Assembly: GCA_041659405.1 (NCBI GenBank)
Contig: JBAZYK010000018.1
Location: 1-8,601, forward strand
Direction: 5' to 3'
Length of the DNA stretch: 8,601 nucleotides
Origin: Candidatus Altimarinota bacterium
GTDB lineage: Bacteria; Patescibacteriota; Gracilibacteria; UBA1369
A program made the position numbers and the translations under genes. Below, piece by piece: positions 1-6,660 of this stretch. How positions within the stretch are numbered: the stretch's first letter is position 1; every line of letters starts with the position of its first letter. Below the pieces are notes generated by a model. That model did no database searches and was not told where the DNA came from. It saw only the letters and a list, made by a program, of their open reading frames with translations.

Positions 1-1
1 A

Positions 2-229
2 GCCACAAAATCCGGAAAAATCACCGCAATCAATAATAAACTTATTTCCCGTTATGCCCGTCTTGCCGGAGCTCCAATCAATGTGGGAGCCGGCCTTTTC
101 ATCCACAAAAAAATCAGTGACACGGTTAAAAAAGGCGACGCGCTCTTCACTCTGTATGCCGAAAACAAAGAACGCCTGGCCAACACACTTGAATACGTGG
201 ATGCCAACGCCGTTTATACGATTAAATAA
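2..229 (+). CDS. C-terminal fragment of AMP phosphorylase / thymidine phosphorylase family protein (5' end outside window)
   Basis: Frame 2 reads ATKSGKITAINNKLISRYARLAGAPINVGAGLFIHKKISDTVKKGDALFTLYAENKERLANTLEYVDANAVYTIK*, stop TAA 227-229. The 'INNK..ISRYARLAGAP...GAG...H.K..D.VKKGD.LFT.YAE' pattern is typical of the C-terminal domain of the pyrimidine nucleoside phosphorylase/AMP phosphorylase family, closest in memory to the archaeal AMP phosphorylase type. Adjacency to R15P isomerase supports AMP phosphorylase. Confidence 0.85.
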   Translation, partial: ATKSGKITAINNKLISRYARLAGAPINVGAGLFIHKKISDTVKKGDALFTLYAENKERLANTLEYVDANAVYTIK

Positions 230-235
230 ATTCTC

Positions 236-1165
236 ATGACCTATCAAGAAATCATTGAAGGCATCAAATCGCTTCAAATACAGGGAGCGGAAAAAATCGC
301 CGTCGCGGCGGTACAAGCTTTTGCGCTCAAATTAGAGGAAACTAAAAACATGTCAGAGCCAGATCACACCGCCACAGCCGCTAACCAAAGCACACCGTCC
401 GCCACCCGCGCCGCCATCCTTCAACAATCCTACCAAGAACTCGCCACCACCCGCGCCACCGAACCGGCGCTTAGAAACGCGCTCCGTTACTGTTTGCAAA
501 ACTATCAACAAAATCCGGATGTGACCAATTTTGTCATAAATTATTTTTCAGAATCCAAAAAGAAAATTGCTGAATTTGGCGCAAAAAAAATCCAAAATGG
601 CATGATTATTTTTACACATTGCCATTCTTCCACAGTTGAAGACATTTTGGCCGAAGCGCTCAAACAAGGCAAAAAATTCACCGTCTACAACACCGAAACC
701 AGACCAAAATTCCAGGGACGCATTACCGCTCAAAACATTGCCAAGCTGGGAATTCCGGTTGTGCATTTTGTGGATAGCGCAGCCCGCAACTTCATGAAAA
801 AAGCCGATCTATTTTTATTCGGTTGTGACGCGGTCAGCGCCGAAGGCAAAATTTACAATAAAATCGGTACAGCCATGATCGCCGATTATGCCCATCAAAA
901 TAATGTTCCTGCCTATTCCTGCACCAATTCCTGGAAGTTTGATCCGGAAACAATTAACGGCGCGGAAGAAATTATTGAAGAACGCGACTCAAAAGAAGTC
1001 TGGGATAATCCCCCACCGGGCGTAACCATCAAAAATCCCGCTTTCGAAATAGTAAATCCGGATATCGTCACAGGAATTATTACCGAACTTGGAATTTTCA
1101 AACCGGAAACCCTGGTGACAGAAGTTCAAAAAGCGTATCCTTGGCTGGTGGAAACTCAATTATAA
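236..1165 (+). CDS. Ribose-1,5-bisphosphate isomerase (archaeal-type, eIF-2B alpha/beta/delta superfamily)
   Basis: 309 aa. Motifs FTHCHS (catalytic-Cys region), TETRPKFQGRITAQNIAKLGIPVVHFVDSAARNFMKKAD, GCDAVSAEGKIYNKIGTAMIA and KNPAFEIVNPDIVTGIITELGI match the archaeal R15P isomerase pattern. Starts 6 nt after the upstream stop. Confidence 0.88.
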   Translation: MTYQEIIEGIKSLQIQGAEKIAVAAVQAFALKLEETKNMSEPDHTATAANQSTPSATRAAILQQSYQELATTRATEPALRNALRYCLQNYQQNPDVTNFVINYFSESKKKIAEFGAKKIQNGMIIFTHCHSSTVEDILAEALKQGKKFTVYNTETRPKFQGRITAQNIAKLGIPVVHFVDSAARNFMKKADLFLFGCDAVSAEGKIYNKIGTAMIADYAHQNNVPAYSCTNSWKFDPETINGAEEIIEERDSKEVWDNPPPGVTIKNPAFEIVNPDIVTGIITELGIFKPETLVTEVQKAYPWLVETQL

Positions 1166-1170
1166 ATTCA

Positions 1171-1216
1171 AAATTATAATTTTATAATTCAATCCACAAT
1201 TTATAATTTATAATTT
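1171..1216. repeat. AT-rich intergenic tract with repeated ATTTATAATT-like units and a 12-bp palindrome (AAATTATAATTT, 1171-1182)
   Basis: Direct reading: aaattataattttataattcaatccacaatttataatttataattt; TTTATAATT recurs at 1181 and 1200 and overlaps again from about 1208. Confidence 0.5.
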
Positions 1217-1222
1217 CTAATT

Positions 1223-1708
1223 GTGATAACTAAAACCGATTACAAATTCCTTCAACAACTCGATAAAATCGAACCAAAAGCACTCTGCTTGCGTGCCCAA
1301 ATTGCCTGCATGATCGTAAAAAACGGCAAAGTACTGGTTAAACACACAAATGACTGGATGAAAGGGTATCCCTGCTCCAAAATCGGCTGCATTCGTAACA
1401 TCTTAAAAATCCCTTCCGGCACCAAGCGCGAAATCTGTTATGGAATTTGCGCCGAACAATGGGCCCTTTCCATTGCGGCACAAAAAGGAATTTCGGTAAA
1501 AGGGGCAACCGCTTACGTCAGCAAACACCCATGCCGAATTTGTTCGAGCATGTTGGCAGTTGCCGGCATCAAACGTGTTGTTTATCAGGAAGGTTATCCG
1601 GACGTTTTGCCAAATTTTGATATCCTAAAAACCAGTGGAATCAAAGTGGAACAAGGCCCAAATACCGAATTCAAAGACCCACGAGTTCCAAAAAGCCACA
1701 CGATCTAA
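1223..1708 (+). CDS. Zinc-dependent nucleoside/nucleotide deaminase, dCMP/CMP deaminase-like (CDA superfamily)
   Basis: 161 aa, GTG start. GCIRNILKIPSGTKREICYGICAEQWALSIAA followed by HPCRICSSMLAVAGIKRVVYQEGYPD gives the C/HxE and PCxxC zinc-ligand motifs with a dCMP deaminase-type spacing and insertion. Confidence 0.8.
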   Translation: MITKTDYKFLQQLDKIEPKALCLRAQIACMIVKNGKVLVKHTNDWMKGYPCSKIGCIRNILKIPSGTKREICYGICAEQWALSIAAQKGISVKGATAYVSKHPCRICSSMLAVAGIKRVVYQEGYPDVLPNFDILKTSGIKVEQGPNTEFKDPRVPKSHTI

Positions 1709-3706
1709 TTACAAATCAAACTGATAAACTTTGCTTGCATCCAACAAGTATAGCTTTTTCGCCGTTGTATCAACATAAAAGTCACGAACATTGTCGATAC
1801 TGTCAAAAAGATACTGCTGGGCATAAACCAAACTTCCGGTATTAGGATCCTTATAATACGACATCACTCTATGAGTTGAAGGTTCCAAAACAAAAAGCTG
1901 ATTCATATCCGCGCTGGTCAAAACTTTTGTCGGAGCGGTTAACGGATTAATTGGCGGTTTTTTAATTACCAACTTCTGATTATTGCCACGGGCAAGTTTG
2001 AGCAATGTTCCATCAGTATTCAAAACATAAACATCACTATCAATCGCAAAAGAAATACCTTGCTTTAGATCACCATCAACATTGTATTTTTCGGCAGTAT
2101 CAAATTGATCACGCGTACGGGCATATTTCCAAATTTGATTATTGGCGGGATCCAAAATATAAATTCTATTCCCATAAGCCTGCACCACATTTCCTTTATG
2201 ATAAGCCCCTTCAGCCGCAGTTAAAGAAGAAATATGATTGTCTTTATATTCCAAAACGCGACCTTCCTTGGTAAAGAAAAGCAAAGAATCCTTATCACTA
2301 TAAACCGTAGCGCTTACAACACTATCGGTATCGTCAATTGTAAAAGGATCCTGAACCTTATCCAACAAAATAGGATAAAGAGCATTATATTCATAAGCAT
2401 ACAAAGTCCCTTTTGTCCCAAGCAATCCAAGAGCACTTACATTTTGGCGTTTGATAGCTAAATCAACCACAACTTTTGGCTGAACACGAGTAACACCATC
2501 CAATTTATCTCTTTCCTGTTTGATTGAGGTTAAAAGTTCATTTGCTCTGGACCTGCTATATCCGGAATTCAAAACGCCAACAGCTTTTTGTTCGGCATCG
2601 GTCAACATTTGTCCGGCCTTATCTTTATCGTATTGACCGGTTGTTTCAGCGGAAGCAATTGTCTCTTGAACGATGTTCAAAGTCGCATTAAATTTGCTGA
2701 TTTTGTCCTGTTCTTCAGCGTTACCACGCAACCACCAAACTCCAACCGTAAAGACCAAAACAATCACAATCAAAGCACCCATAATTTTATCTTTGGACCA
2801 ATTGCTTAAAAACATTTTCTGCAAGCCAACAGTTTCACCTCCATGCACAACACGTCCTCTTTCCGGCAAACGATTAAAATTGAAGCGGCCTAAACGACCT
2901 TTAAGGTCGCCGGCTAAAGACTTGATCTGTTTTCCAAAATCGGAAATCATCACATTCATTGATTTTCTGCGATCAACACCAGCCTCCGCAAACTCTTCCT
3001 CTTTTCTTAAATGAGCAACGACCTGGCCTTTTTCTTCAGTAGAAAGTTGTGGAGCCTGTTCGACCGCACACATACCAACAAAACCAATTCTGCCTAAAAC
3101 TTCGGTTGAAAGAAAATCCTTAAGTTCGCCAAGTGAAGCAATTAAGTTACGATTGGAAGCGATTTTTCCTAAATCGGTTTTAGTTAAATATCTAAGTAAC
3201 CTGGTCGAGCTCAACAAAACAAAATCACCAACTTCAAGAGTTCCACTGGCAATATTGGTAAAATAATCTTTTGACTCCGAATCTGCCAAGCCTTCACTCA
3301 CAATACTGCAAAAACGACGACGAACCATATAAGCCTCGGCATCGCCACATTGAGTAAGATATAAAGTTCCACCAACCACTGCCACAACCAACACATTCAA
3401 AGTCCCCAAAAAATTGGAAGGACTTTCTTTTTTTAATTGATCAAGAGCTTTATTAACAGATTTCACAGCTTCTTCAAAACGGCCATATGGATCTTTTTCC
3501 AAATCGGCATAAAAACTTTTTCGCACAGTATCAAAAATAACTTCCCCTATCGTTTCCGCCTGGGCCAGGTTATTCTGAATTTCGAGATTTATGAAAATCT
3601 TACCACTGTTTTCGCCTCCTTCACCAAGGTCATAAGCGTAATTCTCAACAAAACTACCTTCGTCCCTACCGACAAAAAGAAATTCATACTGTGTTCTTAT
3701 TGACAT
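1709..3706 (-). CDS. Membrane-anchored PP2C-like (probably degenerate) phosphatase-domain protein with C-terminal beta-propeller-like repeats
   Basis: 665 aa. The N-terminal domain has 'GGTLYLTQCGDAEAYMVRR' and 'LEVGDFVLLSSTRLLRYLT', resembling the PP2C GDSRxY and GDxLLLCSDGL regions. One TM helix GALIVIVLVFTVGVWWL (DNA 2729-2785). The C-terminus repeats 'D..LYAYEYN', 'DSLLFFTKEGRVLEYKD', 'NRIYILDPANNQIWKYA', 'SDVYVLNTDGTLLKL', 'NQLFVLEPSTHRVMSYY', 'KKLYLLDASKVYQF', reminiscent of propeller blades. Confidence 0.65.
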   Translation of the reverse strand: MSIRTQYEFLFVGRDEGSFVENYAYDLGEGGENSGKIFINLEIQNNLAQAETIGEVIFDTVRKSFYADLEKDPYGRFEEAVKSVNKALDQLKKESPSNFLGTLNVLVVAVVGGTLYLTQCGDAEAYMVRRRFCSIVSEGLADSESKDYFTNIASGTLEVGDFVLLSSTRLLRYLTKTDLGKIASNRNLIASLGELKDFLSTEVLGRIGFVGMCAVEQAPQLSTEEKGQVVAHLRKEEEFAEAGVDRRKSMNVMISDFGKQIKSLAGDLKGRLGRFNFNRLPERGRVVHGGETVGLQKMFLSNWSKDKIMGALIVIVLVFTVGVWWLRGNAEEQDKISKFNATLNIVQETIASAETTGQYDKDKAGQMLTDAEQKAVGVLNSGYSRSRANELLTSIKQERDKLDGVTRVQPKVVVDLAIKRQNVSALGLLGTKGTLYAYEYNALYPILLDKVQDPFTIDDTDSVVSATVYSDKDSLLFFTKEGRVLEYKDNHISSLTAAEGAYHKGNVVQAYGNRIYILDPANNQIWKYARTRDQFDTAEKYNVDGDLKQGISFAIDSDVYVLNTDGTLLKLARGNNQKLVIKKPPINPLTAPTKVLTSADMNQLFVLEPSTHRVMSYYKDPNTGSLVYAQQYLFDSIDNVRDFYVDTTAKKLYLLDASKVYQFDL

Positions 3707-3765
3707 GATGAAAGTGGTGAAAATTCTTCCTGAAAAAGATACAATAAAATTGTTTTTCCCGCAAT

Positions 3766-4401
3766 ATGAAAACGCTCATAATCGACAATTACGATTCATT
3801 CACTTACAACCTTTTCCAGTACGTTGCGGAACTTGAAGGCAAGCCGGTAGTTTTTAAAAATGACAAACTCGACTTGGCAAAAATAAAAGAACTTGGGCCA
3901 TCACATATTATTATTTCGCCGGGCCCCGGAACCGTGACCAATAAAAATGATTTTGGCATTTGCGAAGAAGTGATTTTAAAATTGGGACCAACAATCCCGA
4001 TTCTGGGAGTTTGCCTTGGACATCAGGGCATTGCGCACGCCTTTGGCGGCAAAATTGAACATGCGCCACAAATCATGCACGGCAAAACAAGTTTGATTGA
4101 ATATGCGCGCGACGCAAATGGACAAGCAGCTGAGCATGTGCGTGACGCAGTTGAACCAGCGCACCCTGGCATTTTTCAAAATATCCCAAATCCGTTTATA
4201 GCCATGCGTTATCATTCACTTATAGTATCGACTCAAAATTTTCCACCGGATTTAAAAATAACCGCGTGGACAAAAGAAAAACTCATCATGGGAATTCAAC
4301 ATAGAAAATTCCCGATTTTTGGTATACAATTTCATCCGGAATCTTTTGGAACCGCAGCCGGCAAAGATATCCTTAAAAATTTCCTTAACCTTACATCATG
4401 A
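3766..4401 (+). CDS. Class I glutamine amidotransferase, TrpG/PabA-like (anthranilate / aminodeoxychorismate synthase component II family)
   Basis: 211 aa. MKTLIIDNYDSFTYNLFQYVAELEG, HIIISPGPGTVTN, LGVCLGHQGIAHAFGG, MHGKTS, MRYHSLIV and FGIQFHPES include the catalytic Cys, His and Glu motifs. Confidence 0.9.
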   Translation: MKTLIIDNYDSFTYNLFQYVAELEGKPVVFKNDKLDLAKIKELGPSHIIISPGPGTVTNKNDFGICEEVILKLGPTIPILGVCLGHQGIAHAFGGKIEHAPQIMHGKTSLIEYARDANGQAAEHVRDAVEPAHPGIFQNIPNPFIAMRYHSLIVSTQNFPPDLKITAWTKEKLIMGIQHRKFPIFGIQFHPESFGTAAGKDILKNFLNLTS

Positions 4402-4646
4402 AAAACGACCTTTTTATCAACGTTATAGTTAAAACTCTTATTGGAGCAATTTTAGGAATTGCCGCCGGATTTATTCTTGGTATCGTTATTTACGGATTTT
4501 CCACTTTAATCCCACTAATAATTCCTGGTACATTTAGTTCCCCTTCTGATGCCGGTGGAATTTTCCCAATATTTGGTATGTGCTTTGGAGCCCTTTTTGG
4601 CGCAATGTTTGGAGGCCACGCAGCCTTTGGGTCAGCTAAAAAATAA
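4398..4646 (+). CDS. Small glycine-rich two-TM membrane protein of unknown function
   Basis: 82 aa. Hydrophobic segments TLIGAILGIAAGFILGIVIYGFSTLIPLII and GIFPIFGMCFGALFGAMFGG with GxxxG/glycine-zipper spacing. Its ATG overlaps the TGA of the upstream gene (ATGA). Confidence 0.6.
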   Translation: MKNDLFINVIVKTLIGAILGIAAGFILGIVIYGFSTLIPLIIPGTFSSPSDAGGIFPIFGMCFGALFGAMFGGHAAFGSAKK

Positions 4647-4674
4647 CACTTTAGGACTAAAGCAAACCTTGAAT

Positions 4675-4703
4675 TTGACATAAAAAGACAAGAAAGGTAT
4701 GCT
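4675..4703 (+). promoter_or_regulatory. Predicted sigma70-type promoter upstream of rpmH-rnpA-yidC
   Basis: TTGACA (4675-4680), 17-nt spacer, TATGCT (4698-4703). Perfect -35, 17-nt spacing, near-consensus -10, in the 224-nt gap before rpmH. Confidence 0.6.
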
Positions 4704-4762
4704 CTCACAGCCGAAACTAGGGAAACCGACCAAACAAATAAGTACAACTTAGTAAATAATCA

Positions 4763-4843
4763 GTGTTCAGTTTGAGGAATGTTGGCTGAACACATCCGCC
4801 GTTGCGCCCTGTGTATCCAGACAATATTCCTCAAACTGAACAC
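4763..4843. repeat. Structured element copy 1: long imperfect hairpin in the rpmH leader region
   Basis: GTGTTCAGTTTGAGGAAT (4763-4780) is the exact reverse complement of ATTCCTCAAACTGAACAC (4826-4843). Pairing continues inward through GTTG/CAAT with one G.U. Inner helices CTG/CAG and ACACA/TGTGT. Homologous to 6661-6740. Confidence 0.9.
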
Positions 4844-4870
4844 ACCCATATAATCACTAATTGAACCCCG

Positions 4871-5023
4871 ATGCTTACCAAGCTAAAAAGAAGCAAACAC
4901 GCTAAAACTCATGGATTTCTTACCCGCATGTCAACCGCCGGCGGACGCAAAGTAATAAGTCGTCGTCGCGCCAAGGGTCGTCATCGCCTTACTGTAAGCG
5001 ACGTTCGCTACAAAGGGGTCTAA
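4871..5023 (+). CDS. rpmH: 50S ribosomal protein L34
   Basis: Read directly (absent from the ORF track because it is short): [50 protein letters not shown]. Classic L34 composition and motif, immediately upstream of rnpA. Confidence 0.95.
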   Translation: MLTKLKRSKHAKTHGFLTRMSTAGGRKVISRRRAKGRHRLTVSDVRYKGV

Positions 5024-5035
5024 GCGGATCTTTTT

Positions 5036-5368
5036 ATGATTCCGAAAAGTCAACGTCTATCCCGCAACAGCATCCAATACCTTTTGAAAAAAGGGAAAAA
5101 ATTGGTGAGCAAAGCCTTCACTCTGAAATTTCTGCCAACGACAGGACTAAAAAGTAGGTTTTGTGTTGTAATAAGCGCAAAAACCGCCCCACTGGCAGTA
5201 ACAAGAAACCTGATCCGCCGCAGAATCTACGAAGCTTTACGTTTACAAAACCATCTTTTAGCAAAACCGCACGACATCATTATCATTACTAACAAAAAGA
5301 TTCTGGATCTTAGCTATAATGAAATCGAACAAACGCTCAAAGAAATTTTCAATTCTTCAAAAACATAA
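5036..5368 (+). CDS. rnpA: Ribonuclease P protein component
   Basis: 110 aa. 'RLSRNSIQYLLKKGKKLVSKAFTLKFLP...RFCVVISAKTAPLAVTRNLIRRRIYEAL' contains the RnpA RNR signature. Located between L34 and YidC. Confidence 0.92.
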   Translation: MIPKSQRLSRNSIQYLLKKGKKLVSKAFTLKFLPTTGLKSRFCVVISAKTAPLAVTRNLIRRRIYEALRLQNHLLAKPHDIIIITNKKILDLSYNEIEQTLKEIFNSSKT

Positions 5369-5377
5369 AAATCCACC

Positions 5378-6643
5378 ATGAATAAAAAAACCTTCTTAAA
5401 AGACATTCTTACAGTACTCGTCATCTTCTTGGCGCTAAATTACGTTCTTAGCTTCTTTAGTAAAGGAGACCAGACCCCAACTGTAAAAACCGGAGAAATC
5501 GCCATAGAAATGAAAAATCAGTTTGATCTTGGCAGTATTGTAGAGGCCAATATCACCAATAATACCGACAAAACCGCCATCATCAAAAATGAATGTCCGC
5601 AGGAACCTTTAAATGTTTTGGAATATACCAACAATCAATGGACTCCAAAAATTATAATCGCAGATATAAAATGTGATGGCAGCAGCGACACAGAAATCGC
5701 CCCAGGCGGGAAAGCAACAATCGCCTACTCTTCCTGGAATCATTCCTTATTTAGAGAATTTGGCCGATACAAAATCAGTGCCACTGTAACTTTAAAAGAC
5801 GCCAACAATCAAACTGAACAAAAAACCGTTGAATCTCCTGAATTTCAAATTCAACCGGAAGGCTGGTTTAGCATTTTTTGGACTAAAATCTTCTATCAAC
5901 CGGTTTATAACGTGCTCTTTTTAATCATCAAAGCAATGCCGGGGAATGACCTTGGTTTAGCCATTCTTCTGCTGACAATCATTATAAGAACAATTCTGTT
6001 AATCCCTTCCCAAAAAGCTCTTAAATCTCAACGCAAGCTTCAGGAAGTTCAACCAAAACTCAAACATATTCGTGAAAAGCACAAAGATGACCAGGAAGCC
6101 ATTGCGCGTGAAACTATGGCCATCTGGAAAGAACATAAAGTTAACCCTTTTGGCAGCTGTTTGCCACTGGTTATTCAAATTCCGGTCTTGATTGCGCTTT
6201 TTTATGTGGTTCGTGACGGCTTAAACCCGGATAATGCCTATCTTCTGTACAATGGCCTGCAAAACTTCTCATTCAATTCAATCCAGGTAAATTTTTTGAA
6301 TATTCTTGATCTTACCAAAGTAAACTATTACGTTTTACCATTAATAGTTGGGGTACTACAGTTTTTGCAGATGAAATTGGCGATTGTTAAAACCGCCACT
6401 CCAAAAGTAAAAAACAAAGAAGTTCAAAAAGAAATCAAGAAAGAAAAGAATGAAATGGACATGGTTAATGGAAGCATGACTTACATAATGCCGATTATGA
6501 TCGCCGTATTTACAGCCGGAGTTCCAGCCGGTGTTGGCTTATATTGGGGCACATCCACCCTTTATGGAATTATCCAACAATTAGTTATAAACAACCAGAG
6601 CAAAAAAGAAAAAGCCAGCGTGAAAGTTATCGAAAAAAATTAA
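5378..6643 (+). CDS. yidC: Membrane protein insertase YidC/Oxa1 family
   Basis: 421 aa. N-terminal TM, extracytoplasmic beta-rich domain, then YNVLFLIIKAMPGNDLGLAILLLTIIIRTILLIPSQKALKSQRKLQEVQPKLKHIREKHKDDQEAIARETMAIWKEHKVNPFGSCLPLVIQIPVLIALFYVV, the hallmark YidC core. Confidence 0.95.
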   Translation: MNKKTFLKDILTVLVIFLALNYVLSFFSKGDQTPTVKTGEIAIEMKNQFDLGSIVEANITNNTDKTAIIKNECPQEPLNVLEYTNNQWTPKIIIADIKCDGSSDTEIAPGGKATIAYSSWNHSLFREFGRYKISATVTLKDANNQTEQKTVESPEFQIQPEGWFSIFWTKIFYQPVYNVLFLIIKAMPGNDLGLAILLLTIIIRTILLIPSQKALKSQRKLQEVQPKLKHIREKHKDDQEAIARETMAIWKEHKVNPFGSCLPLVIQIPVLIALFYVVRDGLNPDNAYLLYNGLQNFSFNSIQVNFLNILDLTKVNYYVLPLIVGVLQFLQMKLAIVKTATPKVKNKEVQKEIKKEKNEMDMVNGSMTYIMPIMIAVFTAGVPAGVGLYWGTSTLYGIIQQLVINNQSKKEKASVKVIEKN

Positions 6644-6660
6644 AAAGTATAAATTAGAAT

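Noticed and set aside
54-239. 61-aa plus-strand ORF from the supplied track
   Set aside because: It lies out of frame inside the real 3' end of the phosphorylase gene (frame 2, stop 227-229), which has clear family motifs.
548-1101. Minus-strand ORFs 548-766 and 913-1101
   Set aside because: Antisense to the well-supported R15P isomerase gene, with no recognisable motifs.
2476-2487. TTGGCTGAACAC, matching 12 nt of the interior of the structured element
   Set aside because: No surrounding stem or further similarity, and it sits inside coding sequence; a chance match is likely.
2005-3703. Plus-strand ORFs 2005-2274, 2234-2461, 2588-2809, 2673-3014 and 3437-3703
   Set aside because: All are antisense to the 665-aa minus-strand coding sequence, with low-complexity or unnatural composition; typical shadow ORFs.
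3741-3753. ACAATAAAATTGT palindrome in the divergent 3707-3765 spacer
   Set aside because: Short 5-bp arms in AT-rich DNA. It could be an operator or a -10 region (TACAAT at 3740), but the sequence alone does not support a call.
4398-4401. Possible UGA recoding (Gly), as in Gracilibacteria/SR1
   Set aside because: The long ORFs contain no in-frame TGA, and the TGA ending the TrpG-like gene falls right after a normal C-terminus, so the standard code fits.
4649-4662. CTTTAGGACTAAAG small inverted repeat after the membrane mini-protein gene
   Set aside because: Only 5 bp with a 4-nt loop and no T-tract; too weak to call a terminator.
3976-4747. Minus-strand ORFs 3976-4215 and 4490-4747
   Set aside because: Antisense to the TrpG-like gene and the small membrane protein gene. 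The second also extends across the predicted rpmH promoter.
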